A DNA stretch of 64,000 nucleotides from an uncultured Desulfobacteraceae bacterium. Its GTDB lineage: Bacteria > Desulfobacterota > DSM-4660 > Desulfatiglandales > B25-G16. Both the position numbers and the translations under genes were made by a program. The notes beneath the pieces are model-generated. The model was not told the DNA's origin. It did no database searches and saw nothing but the letters and a program-made list of their open reading frames with translations. Shown in pieces: positions 14,769 to 24,174 of this stretch (its first letter is position 1; the number at the start of each line of letters is the position of its first letter). The stretch lies in NCBI GenBank assembly GCA_964655655.1, contig CAZZPR010000001.1, positions 2,633 to 66,632 of the forward strand, written 5' to 3'.

Positions 14769-17039
14769 GTGTCGGGCGTAGGTTTTACCTTAAATATTGC
14801 AAAGACAGCACTTTTGGCCCAGCGTTACGCTATTGATGTCACCGGCCATAATATAGCCAATGTAAGCACACCCGGGTATTCAAGGCAGACTGCGGTTATG
14901 GACACCAATTTGCCCGTACCCTATGCAGGCCTGATCTTCGGTACGGGCGTAGATGTAGATGAAATAAAGCGAATAAGCGATGCCTTTATTGAAAAGCGGT
15001 TAAACGAACAAAAATCGGAGTTTTCCGAGATGTCGGAAAGTGAGACCTACATGAAGGTGCTGGAAGGACTCTTTGACGAGAGTTCCGAGATAGGTATTAA
15101 CGACAGTATGACGGAATTCTGGAATGCATGGTATGACCTTTCTATCAACCCCACGGGCACACCTGAGAGAACCGTGGTCTATGAGAAGGCCTCCCTGCTT
15201 TATCAAAAACTGAATTCCCTTAACAATAGTCTCTGGGCGATGCAAAATGATATAAACCTTGCCATAGACTCCGGCCTGGAGGAGATAAACCAGATAACCG
15301 CTGAGATCGCCTCCATAAACACTCAGATTGTGGGGATGGAGACAGGAAGGACCGCAAATGACCTGAGAGACCAGAGAAATACACTGCTGGGCGAGCTTTC
15401 TGAATATGTGAGCATCAGCTCTTTTGAGCAGGGAAACGGTTCGGTCACCGTGGTTGCCGGTAAGGGGTATGTACTGGTTCAGGAGAATGAAAATTATTCC
15501 CTCAGCATGGATGAGGGGGACATAAAACTTGCGATTTCCACTGATTCGCAGAGGGATGTTACCGACTCCATGGAAGGCGGTAAACTGGGCGCCTGGCTGG
15601 AGTTGAGGGACGCGTCTATTCCCGAATATAGAAATAATCTCGACGAGCTTGCCAGGTCCATTGTATTCGAGGTTAACAAGGCCCACAGCCAGGGAGTGGG
15701 ATTGAGATTATTTAACAGTGATATTACGGGAACCTATCAGGCGGATTCCAGCGGCCTGCTTTCCACACTGGCTTACGGGGACAAGATAGATTACACAAAG
15801 GATTTCAAGATGTGGATAAACGACGGCACTACAAATAATGCGGTTACCGTGGACATGGGAATTTCCACCTCAACCGCTACCAACTGGGCGGGCAGCGGGG
15901 GTGCCGACGATAAATACACATTTACGGTCACAACCGGGGGAACAGTGGGCACCGGGCAGCAGGCCATATACTATACAAATTCAGGCGGCACGGTAACAGG
16001 TACCATAAACGTCAGCGGTGCCGGAACTTACAGCACTTCTGACGGTATTGATTTCGACGTGGGGGCCGGCACCCTGGTAGCCGGAAATACATTCACGGTG
16101 AATACGGATGCAGCCGGTGGGCCCGATCCCCTGGATATGACGGTTTCGGGCACCGCAAATAATGTTTCTGATAACTATATATTCAATGTGACCACCGGGG
16201 GCGAGATAGGTACCGATACCCTGGAAGTTGAATGGTCTAATGATGTTACCGGGGGCACCTTAAGTATACCGGCCGCGGGCAGTTACACGGTGGACGGCAT
16301 GACATTGAATTTCACTTCCGGCACCCTTCAACAGGGAGACACATTTACCGTGGAGGCTGATTCAGACGGCTCGCCCGCCGCTGATTTACCGTCGGAGTGG
16401 CACTGGACGATGGATTCCTTCGGGGACAGGTTCAACAACCTTGCCACCGGGATTACTGCATCAGTAACATCCGATAATAAACTTAAGTTTTCACCGGGTT
16501 CGGGTTACAGTTTCGGATTCTGTGACGATGAGTTCGAGGCAAGCGGTCTTCTTGCGGCCCTGGGCATAAACACCTTTTTCGAGGGATATTCCGCGGGATC
16601 TATCGATATGAATTCCCAGACACAGAACAAGGATTTTATTGCAGCGGGAAAAATTGATGCGGATACCGGTGATCTGGCAGTAGGTGACAATTCCAATGCC
16701 GTGGACATAGCGGATATTCGAAGTTCCTCTGTGGCCATACGTCAATTTAACTGCAACAGGGGTTCTGATACCACCTCGACCAGTTCGACAATGCCCCTGG
16801 ATGATTTTTACAACACCCTGGTAAGCTCCGTGGGTATAGAATCCGCGAGCATAACAAGATCAAAGGAATTTAATAATGTACTGGTCAGCCGGCTGAAGGA
16901 AATAAGGGAGGGCATATCAGGTGTATCACTGGACGAGGAAATGACCAATATGATAAAATTCCAGCATGCATACGTGGCGGCTGCAAAACTGATAAGCACC
17001 TCGGACCAGATGTATGCGACCCTGCTGGCAACGAGATAA
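14769..17039 (+). CDS. flgK: Flagellar hook-associated protein 1 FlgK (enlarged, 756 aa)
   Basis: GTG start. The N-terminus is LNIAKTALLAQRYAIDVTGHNIANVSTPGYSRQ and the C-terminus is SLDEEMTNMIKFQHAYVAAAKLIS. Confidence 0.92.
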   Translation: MSGVGFTLNIAKTALLAQRYAIDVTGHNIANVSTPGYSRQTAVMDTNLPVPYAGLIFGTGVDVDEIKRISDAFIEKRLNEQKSEFSEMSESETYMKVLEGLFDESSEIGINDSMTEFWNAWYDLSINPTGTPERTVVYEKASLLYQKLNSLNNSLWAMQNDINLAIDSGLEEINQITAEIASINTQIVGMETGRTANDLRDQRNTLLGELSEYVSISSFEQGNGSVTVVAGKGYVLVQENENYSLSMDEGDIKLAISTDSQRDVTDSMEGGKLGAWLELRDASIPEYRNNLDELARSIVFEVNKAHSQGVGLRLFNSDITGTYQADSSGLLSTLAYGDKIDYTKDFKMWINDGTTNNAVTVDMGISTSTATNWAGSGGADDKYTFTVTTGGTVGTGQQAIYYTNSGGTVTGTINVSGAGTYSTSDGIDFDVGAGTLVAGNTFTVNTDAAGGPDPLDMTVSGTANNVSDNYIFNVTTGGEIGTDTLEVEWSNDVTGGTLSIPAAGSYTVDGMTLNFTSGTLQQGDTFTVEADSDGSPAADLPSEWHWTMDSFGDRFNNLATGITASVTSDNKLKFSPGSGYSFGFCDDEFEASGLLAALGINTFFEGYSAGSIDMNSQTQNKDFIAAGKIDADTGDLAVGDNSNAVDIADIRSSSVAIRQFNCNRGSDTTSTSSTMPLDDFYNTLVSSVGIESASITRSKEFNNVLVSRLKEIREGISGVSLDEEMTNMIKFQHAYVAAAKLISTSDQMYATLLATR

Positions 17040-17087
17040 GAAAGTTTTTGACCATGAAATTTTTCAAATTTCAGCCTGTAAATAAAG

Positions 17088-18710
17088 ATGAGAGTAGCAA
17101 ACAAGACTATATATGACTCCATTAAGTTCGATTTATCCCGTTTCACGGAGGAGTTGAACCGGGCGAATAAAGTGGTGTCGAGCGGCAAAAAAATAATCGA
17201 GATATCTGATGATCCGGTTGGTCTCAGCCAGGTCTTGAACATAAGATCATCCCTTGCGAATATCGAACAGATGGGCAGGAATATAGACCTGGGGAAATCC
17301 TGGCTTGGTACGTCTGAAAACGCTTTAAATAACGTGCAGCAGCTCGTTTCCAGGGCAAAGACATTGAGCAACCAGATGGCCACGGAGACTATGGGGGCCT
17401 CCCAGAGGGCCTCGGCAGCGGAGGAGGTCCGAAATATACTGGAGGAAATAGTATCCCTTGCGGATACGGAGGTAAACGGCCAGTATATCTTTGCAGGAAC
17501 AGAAACCAGGACTTCCCCCTTTTCCCTGGATGACCCGGACAACCCCACCAGTGTAGCATACTCCGGCAATCATGACACATTTTCCGTAAAGATAGGCAAG
17601 GACACCAGCGTTGCTGTAGGAAGGGACGGCGAGGATATATTTCTGGACCAGGTAATCACCATAGACACCACCAACAACAAGATAGATTTCATGGAGCATT
17701 CACTGGGAGCAAGCAGTGCCGAATTGAACGCGGCTATAGCAACCGGGGAATATACCCACGCGGAGCTTGCGGCCGCAGTGGAGCAGGCGATGGAGACCGT
17801 TTCGGCCCAGTCGGGCCTGAATGCAGGTTACACCGTTTCATATGACAGCGACACCAAGAATTTTACCATTCAGGACGACGGTACAACCGCTGGTTTCGAG
17901 GTGGAGCTGTTATGGAACACGGGGTCCAATTCGGATACGAGCCTGGCAACCGATATGGGTTTTGATAAAACAGACCTGAGGGACGGCCTGATCTCCAGTG
18001 ATAACGCTGTAGTCTCCGTTACCGTAGATGCGACAAATGATACCATAGAGTTCAAGGAGGATTTAGGCGACGGCCTTGGTTCCACCCTGACTGCCACACT
18101 TGCCCATGGTGTTTACAATACGGATGTACTGTTGGGCAACCTGGCGGCGGATATAGAGACACAGATGGAGGCGGCCTCAGCAGCAGCCGGCAACAATGCG
18201 GATTACGAAGTGACATACGATACAGTAAATGATAGGTTTATAATAGAAGAACAGGGACCGAATCTTCAACTCAAGGAGTTGCAAATACTTTGGACCAGCA
18301 GCTCCGCAGCCACGGACCTGGGCTTTGACAATGCCTCGGATGATATATATAACCCTCCTGCAAGCGATAACGATGTTGAGTGGGGGATATTTAACACATT
18401 ACTGGATTTAAAGGGCTTCCTGGAATCTAATGACCTAGAAGGAATATCGAGGTCCATAACCAGGCTTAACACCAACTTTAACCAGATAAATACCAAGATA
18501 TCGGACCTGGGATCAAAACTGGTTAGAATGGAGAACAAGAAGAATATATACCAGGACTTAAACCTGACCAATACGGACAGGCTTTCCAAGATCGAGGACG
18601 CAGATGTGGTGGAGGCCATAACCGATCTGAAGGAGAAGGAAGTTGCCTATAAGTCCGCGCTTTCAGCTTCGGCCAGGGTTTTGGAGTTGAGCCTGATAAA
18701 TTATATGTAA
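17088..18710 (+). CDS. flgL: Flagellar hook-associated protein 3 FlgL (enlarged, 540 aa)
   Basis: It has an N-terminal flagellin-like helix (MRVANKTIYDSIKFDLSR...), a C-terminal helix (DADVVEAITDLKEKEVAYKSALSASARVLELSLINYM), and follows flgK. Confidence 0.88.
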   Translation: MRVANKTIYDSIKFDLSRFTEELNRANKVVSSGKKIIEISDDPVGLSQVLNIRSSLANIEQMGRNIDLGKSWLGTSENALNNVQQLVSRAKTLSNQMATETMGASQRASAAEEVRNILEEIVSLADTEVNGQYIFAGTETRTSPFSLDDPDNPTSVAYSGNHDTFSVKIGKDTSVAVGRDGEDIFLDQVITIDTTNNKIDFMEHSLGASSAELNAAIATGEYTHAELAAAVEQAMETVSAQSGLNAGYTVSYDSDTKNFTIQDDGTTAGFEVELLWNTGSNSDTSLATDMGFDKTDLRDGLISSDNAVVSVTVDATNDTIEFKEDLGDGLGSTLTATLAHGVYNTDVLLGNLAADIETQMEAASAAAGNNADYEVTYDTVNDRFIIEEQGPNLQLKELQILWTSSSAATDLGFDNASDDIYNPPASDNDVEWGIFNTLLDLKGFLESNDLEGISRSITRLNTNFNQINTKISDLGSKLVRMENKKNIYQDLNLTNTDRLSKIEDADVVEAITDLKEKEVAYKSALSASARVLELSLINYM

Positions 18711-18738
18711 AAAACCCTGAATGTGCCATGGAAGGCTT

Positions 18739-18993
18739 ATGCTGATACTGACAAGGAAGTTAGGTGAAAAGATTACTATCGGGGATAATATTACCATTAC
18801 CTTGCTGGAGGTGAAGGGTTCCCAGGTAAAACTGGGTATAAAGGCGCCTGAAGGAGTAAGCGTTCACCGTCAGGAGATATACGATAGGATCAGGGAGGAA
18901 AATCTTAGGTCCGCGGGTGTAAACGTATCCGATCTCTCGGCTGCGGCTTCCCTTTTGGACATAAAAAAGGGTTCAGGAGGTGATAAAGGATGA
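18739..18993 (+). CDS. csrA: Carbon storage regulator CsrA (flagellar type)
   Basis: [48 protein letters not shown] is the canonical CsrA fold sequence. The start is placed at the internal ATG at 18739, after the RBS ggaagg. Confidence 0.93.
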   Translation: MLILTRKLGEKITIGDNITITLLEVKGSQVKLGIKAPEGVSVHRQEIYDRIREENLRSAGVNVSDLSAAASLLDIKKGSGGDKG

Positions 18994-19427
18994 AGATACA
19001 GACTACAAGGTTTGGTAACATCGAGATAGGAGAAGAAAATGTGATTCAAATGCCTTTCGGCATGCTTGGTTTTCCGGATAAAAAATGTTTCGTCATCATA
19101 AGGCATGGACAGGATTCTCCCTTTTTGTGGTACCAGAGTGTTGAGGAGCCGGAACTCGCCTTTGTTATAGCCAGCCCCTGGATCTTTATGCCGGATTACA
19201 AGGTAAACCTGGAGGATGTGTTAGAGCAGATGTCATGGAAAAATGGGGGCGGAAATAAACTGGAACTTTACGTGGTGATTAATGTTCCCAAGGATTCGCC
19301 GGAAAAGATGACCGCAAACCTTGTAGGACCCGTTTTGGTGAACACAGAAACCAAGCAGGCCGTACAGGTGGTGGTAACGAACAGCCAGTATTCCCACAAA
19401 CACCGCCTTCTGGGAGGAGATAATTAG
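18990..19427 (+). CDS. fliW: Flagellar assembly factor FliW (CsrA antagonist)
   Basis: The sequence is [28 protein letters not shown]...[20 protein letters not shown]. It overlaps csrA by 4 nt. Confidence 0.9.
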   Translation: MKIQTTRFGNIEIGEENVIQMPFGMLGFPDKKCFVIIRHGQDSPFLWYQSVEEPELAFVIASPWIFMPDYKVNLEDVLEQMSWKNGGGNKLELYVVINVPKDSPEKMTANLVGPVLVNTETKQAVQVVVTNSQYSHKHRLLGGDN

Positions 19428-19705
19428 ATTTGTATCCGCCTTATCTCCGGGGTTTATCCTTGATAATCAAGAGATTTATTAAAGAGCCAGCTTTATAAGG
19501 GTAAGTATTCCCAGCAGGCAAGTGGCTACACCCACGCATGAACGCACTAATCTCTCCGGTAATTATTAAAGACCGGAGTGTTGCAAAGGATCAGGTAAGA
19601 GGTGAAACCCGTTGGGAAATTTATGCACAAGCGGTGCCTTCTTGCTTGACATGGGGCCTGCATTTAAATAGTGTTCTTTTCACCGGTTAACAAAAAAAAG
19701 GATTA

Positions 19706-20155
19706 ATGATGAAGGTAAGGGATATCATGACAAAGAAGCTCATCACTGTCTCGCCTGACACGGAAATAAACAAGGCTGCAGGGCTTCTTATGGGCAAGCA
19801 TATAAACGGGGTGCCCGTAGTGGATAAGGACGGAAGACTGTTGGGGATATTGTGCCAGAGCGATCTGGTTATGCAGCAGAAAAAGCTGCCTCTACCTTCA
19901 TTTTTTACCCTTCTGGACGGTTTTATACCTCTTACATCCGAACGAAAAATCGAAAAAGAGATCCAGAAGATAGCTGCGACTACCGTGAAAGATGCAATGA
20001 CGCCGGACCCGGTAACCATAAGCCCGGATGCAACATTAGATGAGGTGGCCTCAATAATGGTTGAGAATAAATACCATACCATTCCTGTGTTGGATGAGGA
20101 AAAACTGGTAGGGATTGTGGGCAAAGAGGATGTGTTGAAGGTATTGATGCCATAA
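19706..20155 (+). CDS. CBS-domain pair protein
   Basis: 149 aa with two CBS repeats: VRDIMTKKLITVSPDT...GVPVVDKDGRLLGIL and VKDAMTPDPVTISPDA...HTIPVLDEEKLVGIV. Confidence 0.85.
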   Translation: MMKVRDIMTKKLITVSPDTEINKAAGLLMGKHINGVPVVDKDGRLLGILCQSDLVMQQKKLPLPSFFTLLDGFIPLTSERKIEKEIQKIAATTVKDAMTPDPVTISPDATLDEVASIMVENKYHTIPVLDEEKLVGIVGKEDVLKVLMP

Positions 20156-20188
20156 GAAAATCTCTATTATGGAGAAAGGAGTTTAGCT

Positions 20189-21097
20189 ATGTGTAGATAT
20201 AAACGTATTCTGGCAGGGGTTTCCCTCGGCAAGCAGGACGGGGCCTCTATTAGGTATACCGGGATGATAAGCAGGATGGCGGAATCCGAGAAGATCATCT
20301 TTCTCCATGTGGCAAGCACGGTTGATGTTGCAGAGGAATTGCGAGAGGAATACCCGGATTTGCTCAAAACCGATAATGAGCCTGCAAAAAAGGAAACCGA
20401 GGATATTGTAAATAGATTTTTCGAGGGACATCCCCGGACAACGCTTGAATACAGAGTGGTTGAGGGGGCCCCGTTGATAGAGTTTCTTCGTATTGCAAAG
20501 GAGGAGGAGATAGATCTGATTGTATTGCGGAAGAGGGGAACCACCGACGGAGGCGGCCTTTTTGAAAAGCTGGCCAGAAAGGCCCCCTGCTCCGTGCTTT
20601 TTGTACCTGAGGGGACAAAGGCATGGTTCAGGGACATAGTAGTACCTGTAGATTTTTCCGAGAATTCCGGGGACGCTGTGGAAACGGCTGTAAATTTTGC
20701 TCTATCCTCGGAAAAAAAGCAGATATATTGCCTTCATATTTACACTGTGCCCATTGGCTATTACAAGACCGGGAAGACCTATGAGGAGTTCGCCGAAATA
20801 ATGAAGGGCCATGCGGAAAAGAATTTCAGAAATTTTATTAATGGTATAGATCTAAAGGGGGTTTCCGCTGTTCCTTTGTTTAAGCTGGAAAAAAAGGAAT
20901 ACGCCGGAATAGAGAAGGCTATTGAAGAATACCCCAGATGCCTGCTGTTGTTGGGTGCCAGGGGAAGAAAGGCGGGAGCGGGCGTACTGCTGGGAAGCGT
21001 GACAGAGCAATTGATCAAATCAACCTCTGTTCCATTGATTGCTGTAAAAAAGAAGGGGACCGGTCTGGGCATTCTGGACGCGTTGCTGAAATTATAG
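20189..21097 (+). CDS. Tandem universal stress protein (UspA family)
   Basis: 302 aa with two Usp-like halves, each ending in a G-x2-G-x9-G(S/T)-like segment (RKRGTTDGGGLFEKLARKAPCSVLFVP; GARGRKAGAGVLLGSVTEQLIKSTSVPLIAV). Confidence 0.8.
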   Translation: MCRYKRILAGVSLGKQDGASIRYTGMISRMAESEKIIFLHVASTVDVAEELREEYPDLLKTDNEPAKKETEDIVNRFFEGHPRTTLEYRVVEGAPLIEFLRIAKEEEIDLIVLRKRGTTDGGGLFEKLARKAPCSVLFVPEGTKAWFRDIVVPVDFSENSGDAVETAVNFALSSEKKQIYCLHIYTVPIGYYKTGKTYEEFAEIMKGHAEKNFRNFINGIDLKGVSAVPLFKLEKKEYAGIEKAIEEYPRCLLLLGARGRKAGAGVLLGSVTEQLIKSTSVPLIAVKKKGTGLGILDALLKL

Positions 21098-21182
21098 GCT
21101 CCAAAGGAAAACCCTGACACAATTACTAGAGCCTGACAGACAGTAAATGATCTTTTCTTTTTGAACCTTCAGGAGATAATAA

Positions 21183-21449
21183 ATGAGATTACCCAAGAAC
21201 ATCAATAAGGACTATTTTCTTTGCGAAAAGTGCCACAATAAAAATTTTACCAAGATCTATAATTTTGCCCTACGTTTCCGGGAGGTGAACTTTTCCGACG
21301 AATTGATATACGAGGAGAAGATCGAGGAGATATATCAATGTACGCACTGCAAGACTACATATTCAGAGAAACAGATTGATGAGAGTTTAAAGGAAATGAT
21401 AAATGAGAGGCAAAAATCTTTGAATAGTAAAGAAGGGGTTAGAGGTTAA
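21183..21449 (+). CDS. Small zinc-ribbon protein
   Basis: 88 aa with paired CxxC motifs (CEKCHN ... CTHCKT). Confidence 0.5.
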   Translation: MRLPKNINKDYFLCEKCHNKNFTKIYNFALRFREVNFSDELIYEEKIEEIYQCTHCKTTYSEKQIDESLKEMINERQKSLNSKEGVRG

Positions 21450-22393
21450 AGGGCCATGCCGCTGAGTTCTTGATCCCTTTCTTCATTCCATTTTATCCAT
21501 TCCGTTTGTCTTTCCTTTTCATAGTCAAAGGAAAAGGCCTTCCCGGCACCCTCTTTGCTGACCATGATCTGATAGTATTGTCTTAAGAGTATCTGGGTCC
21601 ATTGCTCCTCGGTAACCCTGTGAGGACCTTTTACCCTGCGAGGTTCTTTGTAATCCTTTATAACTCCCGACTCGGGCATCTTTTGTAATGGATTATATAT
21701 CTCTACCTCTCCCTCGAATACCTTAATAACCGTGGATTGGTCGGGGCTCAGCATCATGTCGTAGGCGGTACCCCTTACCCCTGCAATCACTGTTGGGGTT
21801 GCTACATACATCTCAGCCTTGCTGAATAATTGCGTTTTCAATAACTTGCCCCATATCTTGCCGATAAAAAGCCTGAATTTACCGACTACGGCGTTTTCGC
21901 TTTGATTTATTTCCAGCTCGCCTATCTTTAGCCTTGAACCCTCATCCAGCCGTAGGATCCTTCCGCCACTCATTATTAATTCCGCCCTGCCGCCTTTGCC
22001 CACCTTTAAAAAATCTTCTTCTTCGAGAATTGAATTGATTTGGGCCTTTTTATAAGTATTATTGTCCCCCCTTTTTATGGAAACCGGCTGTTTTAAAAAA
22101 GTAATAACAACCCTATCCTGCATTTGCTCGGGTATCATGCGGTCCATTTCTTTTCTGGCAAAAAATTTAATAGCTACATCCGTGGGCAGCTTGTTCCAAT
22201 CATTTATATGTGGGTTTATTTTAGTAAGCTGGGTCAGCATTTCAGGCAGGAACCCTCTGTATATCTTAAAGCAAAGAAGGCTTATGGAATCATGCTTCCT
22301 GACCTTTGCGGTAAGGAAATCTTCTTCCGATGCCCATGTGTTAAGGGCAAGTAGGAGAGAGAGTAAAAAAAACAGCACATAAAATTTTTTCAT
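21446..22393 (-). CDS. Secreted FecR-domain protein with an N-terminal LysM-like segment
   Basis: It has a signal peptide (MKKFYVLFFLLSLLLALNTWA), a LysM-like segment (HDSISLLCFKIY...INDWNKLPTDVAIKF) and a FecR-like segment (GGRAELIMSGGRILRLDEGSRLKI). Confidence 0.6.
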   Translation of the reverse strand: MKKFYVLFFLLSLLLALNTWASEEDFLTAKVRKHDSISLLCFKIYRGFLPEMLTQLTKINPHINDWNKLPTDVAIKFFARKEMDRMIPEQMQDRVVITFLKQPVSIKRGDNNTYKKAQINSILEEEDFLKVGKGGRAELIMSGGRILRLDEGSRLKIGELEINQSENAVVGKFRLFIGKIWGKLLKTQLFSKAEMYVATPTVIAGVRGTAYDMMLSPDQSTVIKVFEGEVEIYNPLQKMPESGVIKDYKEPRRVKGPHRVTEEQWTQILLRQYYQIMVSKEGAGKAFSFDYEKERQTEWIKWNEERDQELSGMAL

Positions 22394-22417
22394 GCATTTA
22401 CCTTACCGATATCCTGC

Positions 22418-23134
22418 TTAATCTTCACTGTCCTGGGTATAGAATTGAAATTTATATGAGCCTATCTCAATGGTGTCAAAATCCTTTAAAAAATGACTAT
22501 CCTTTATTTCCTGGTCGTTTACCTTTATTTTGGGTTTGTCGCTGGTAGCGCTTATTGCATATCCATTAGGCCTGCGGCTGATGGTGGCTGCAGTAGGAGG
22601 CATAAAGAAACCGCCAAGCCTTATTTCAGATGTTTCGGCCTTTCCTATTTTGGTGAGTTTCTTTTTGAGAGGAATTTCACTTTGATCGGTGTCGTCAAGG
22701 GATGTAAGAATACCAATTTTTTCCTTTTTCTGTGGTTCTTCCGATGCTTTTTTCTGTCCGCCCTTTGACAGCATGTCCTTTTGTTTGGCAGTGTCAAGTA
22801 TCATGGTTTTATCAAGATCTCCTTCCTCCGCCTTTGCCGCCTCTTCTTTGGACATGGCAAAGTATAGAATATGCTTGCCGATGGCTATCTGGTCTTTGTG
22901 CTTTAATTTGTGGGAGGCTATTTTGTTTTTGTTGACGAAGGTGCCGTTTGTACTTTGCAAATCCGTAAGAATATAACTTTCTCCGGTTTTGTCTATTCTG
23001 GCGTGGAAACCCGATACTGCCATGTTGTCAATTGCAATGTCATTCTCCTTATCTCTCCCTATTGTCATAGAATCCTTTTCAAAGGGATATTCCTTGATAA
23101 CCTTGTTATTGAATACCAGAATAACTCTTGCCAT
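22418..23134 (-). CDS. FHA-domain protein (N-terminal FHA plus a second FHA-like C-terminal domain)
   Basis: TIGRDKENDIAIDNMAVSGFHARI...LTDLQSTNGTFVN is a canonical FHA pattern. The C-terminus KIGKAETSEIRL...IKVNDQEI...IEIGSYKFQF is FHA-like. Confidence 0.85.
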   Translation of the reverse strand: MARVILVFNNKVIKEYPFEKDSMTIGRDKENDIAIDNMAVSGFHARIDKTGESYILTDLQSTNGTFVNKNKIASHKLKHKDQIAIGKHILYFAMSKEEAAKAEEGDLDKTMILDTAKQKDMLSKGGQKKASEEPQKKEKIGILTSLDDTDQSEIPLKKKLTKIGKAETSEIRLGGFFMPPTAATISRRPNGYAISATSDKPKIKVNDQEIKDSHFLKDFDTIEIGSYKFQFYTQDSED

Positions 23135-23169
23135 GATATACGCCCCTTTTTAATAGGGTTAATACATGA

Positions 23170-24006
23170 TTATTTTTTGAAAAATTGCCAAAATTTTTTC
23201 TTTGGCCTGGCTACCTTAATACAAACCAATGCCACTGTTACGTTGTCGTGACCGCCTCGTTTATTTGCCTCGACCACTAAATCCCTGCAAAGTTGATTCG
23301 GATCGTCGCCGTTTCCGATAATATTCAATATATCATCATCTGAAACAAGGTCTGTTAATCCGTCGGTGCAGAGAAGATAGCGATCATTGTCCATGGGTTC
23401 GATTTCAAAAACATCCACATCAACCGATTCCGAGGAACCGAGATTTCTGGTAAGCACATGCTTTAAAGGGGAATTTTTTGCCTCCTCCTCGGAAATAAGG
23501 CCCATTTCTAATTGTTCCGAGACCATTTTGTGCTCCCTGGAGAGAAGCTCTATACCTCCACCTCTGAGTAGATAGATTCTGCTGTCACCTACATTTGCGG
23601 TAATTACAGAATTTGGCATTATTGACAGGGCTACAATAGTGGTTCCCATACCCTTGTATTCATCGTACTCATTTGCCATTTCATAAATAACTTTATTAGC
23701 AAGTTTTATACCGCTCGAGAGATAGTTTCCACTCTTGCTAAGGGTGTTGTCCGGCATGTCGAATAATTCATCTTCATGGCTATTGTTGGCTATCCAATTT
23801 TTTACGTTTTTATTTATTATTTGAACCGCCACCTTGCTGGCTACCTCTCCTGCCAGATGGCCGCCCATTCCATCCGCCACTAAATACAAACCGATAGAGT
23901 CATCTACTGAAAAAAAGTCTTCGTTGATCTCCCTCCTGCGTCCTACATCGGAAAGGCTGGCGGATATTAATTCTACCATTTGTCCTTTAGCTTTATTTTT
24001 GGCCAA
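23170..24006 (-). CDS. PP2C-family Ser/Thr protein phosphatase
   Basis: Motifs are SDVGRRREINEDFF, LVADGMGGHLAGEVAS, LCTDGLTD and GGHDNVTVALV. Confidence 0.9.
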   Translation of the reverse strand: MAKNKAKGQMVELISASLSDVGRRREINEDFFSVDDSIGLYLVADGMGGHLAGEVASKVAVQIINKNVKNWIANNSHEDELFDMPDNTLSKSGNYLSSGIKLANKVIYEMANEYDEYKGMGTTIVALSIMPNSVITANVGDSRIYLLRGGGIELLSREHKMVSEQLEMGLISEEEAKNSPLKHVLTRNLGSSESVDVDVFEIEPMDNDRYLLCTDGLTDLVSDDDILNIIGNGDDPNQLCRDLVVEANKRGGHDNVTVALVCIKVARPKKKFWQFFKK

Positions 24007-24174
24007 TGCGATACTTATAAAAGATCAATAATTATTATCACGGTTGTACTGCAAAGTCAATATTGCAGCGATACCCAGTGAATATATATATTATATCCCG
24101 GAGAAATTGTAAATTTATCATCTTTGATGGAAAAATTCGATAATTAATAATAAATTTAATGAAATAACAATAAG

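Noticed and set aside
15000-17569. Long antisense ORFs (228 aa and 253 aa) opposite flgK and the flgK-flgL junction.
   Set aside because: They are opposite well-supported flagellar genes, have low-complexity Ser/Leu-rich translations, and show no RBS or motif support.
19428-19705. A 278-bp intergenic region upstream of the CBS-domain gene, with a few hairpins (possible riboswitch).
   Set aside because: No known riboswitch core sequence was recognised, and the structures are short and unremarkable. It is left unannotated.
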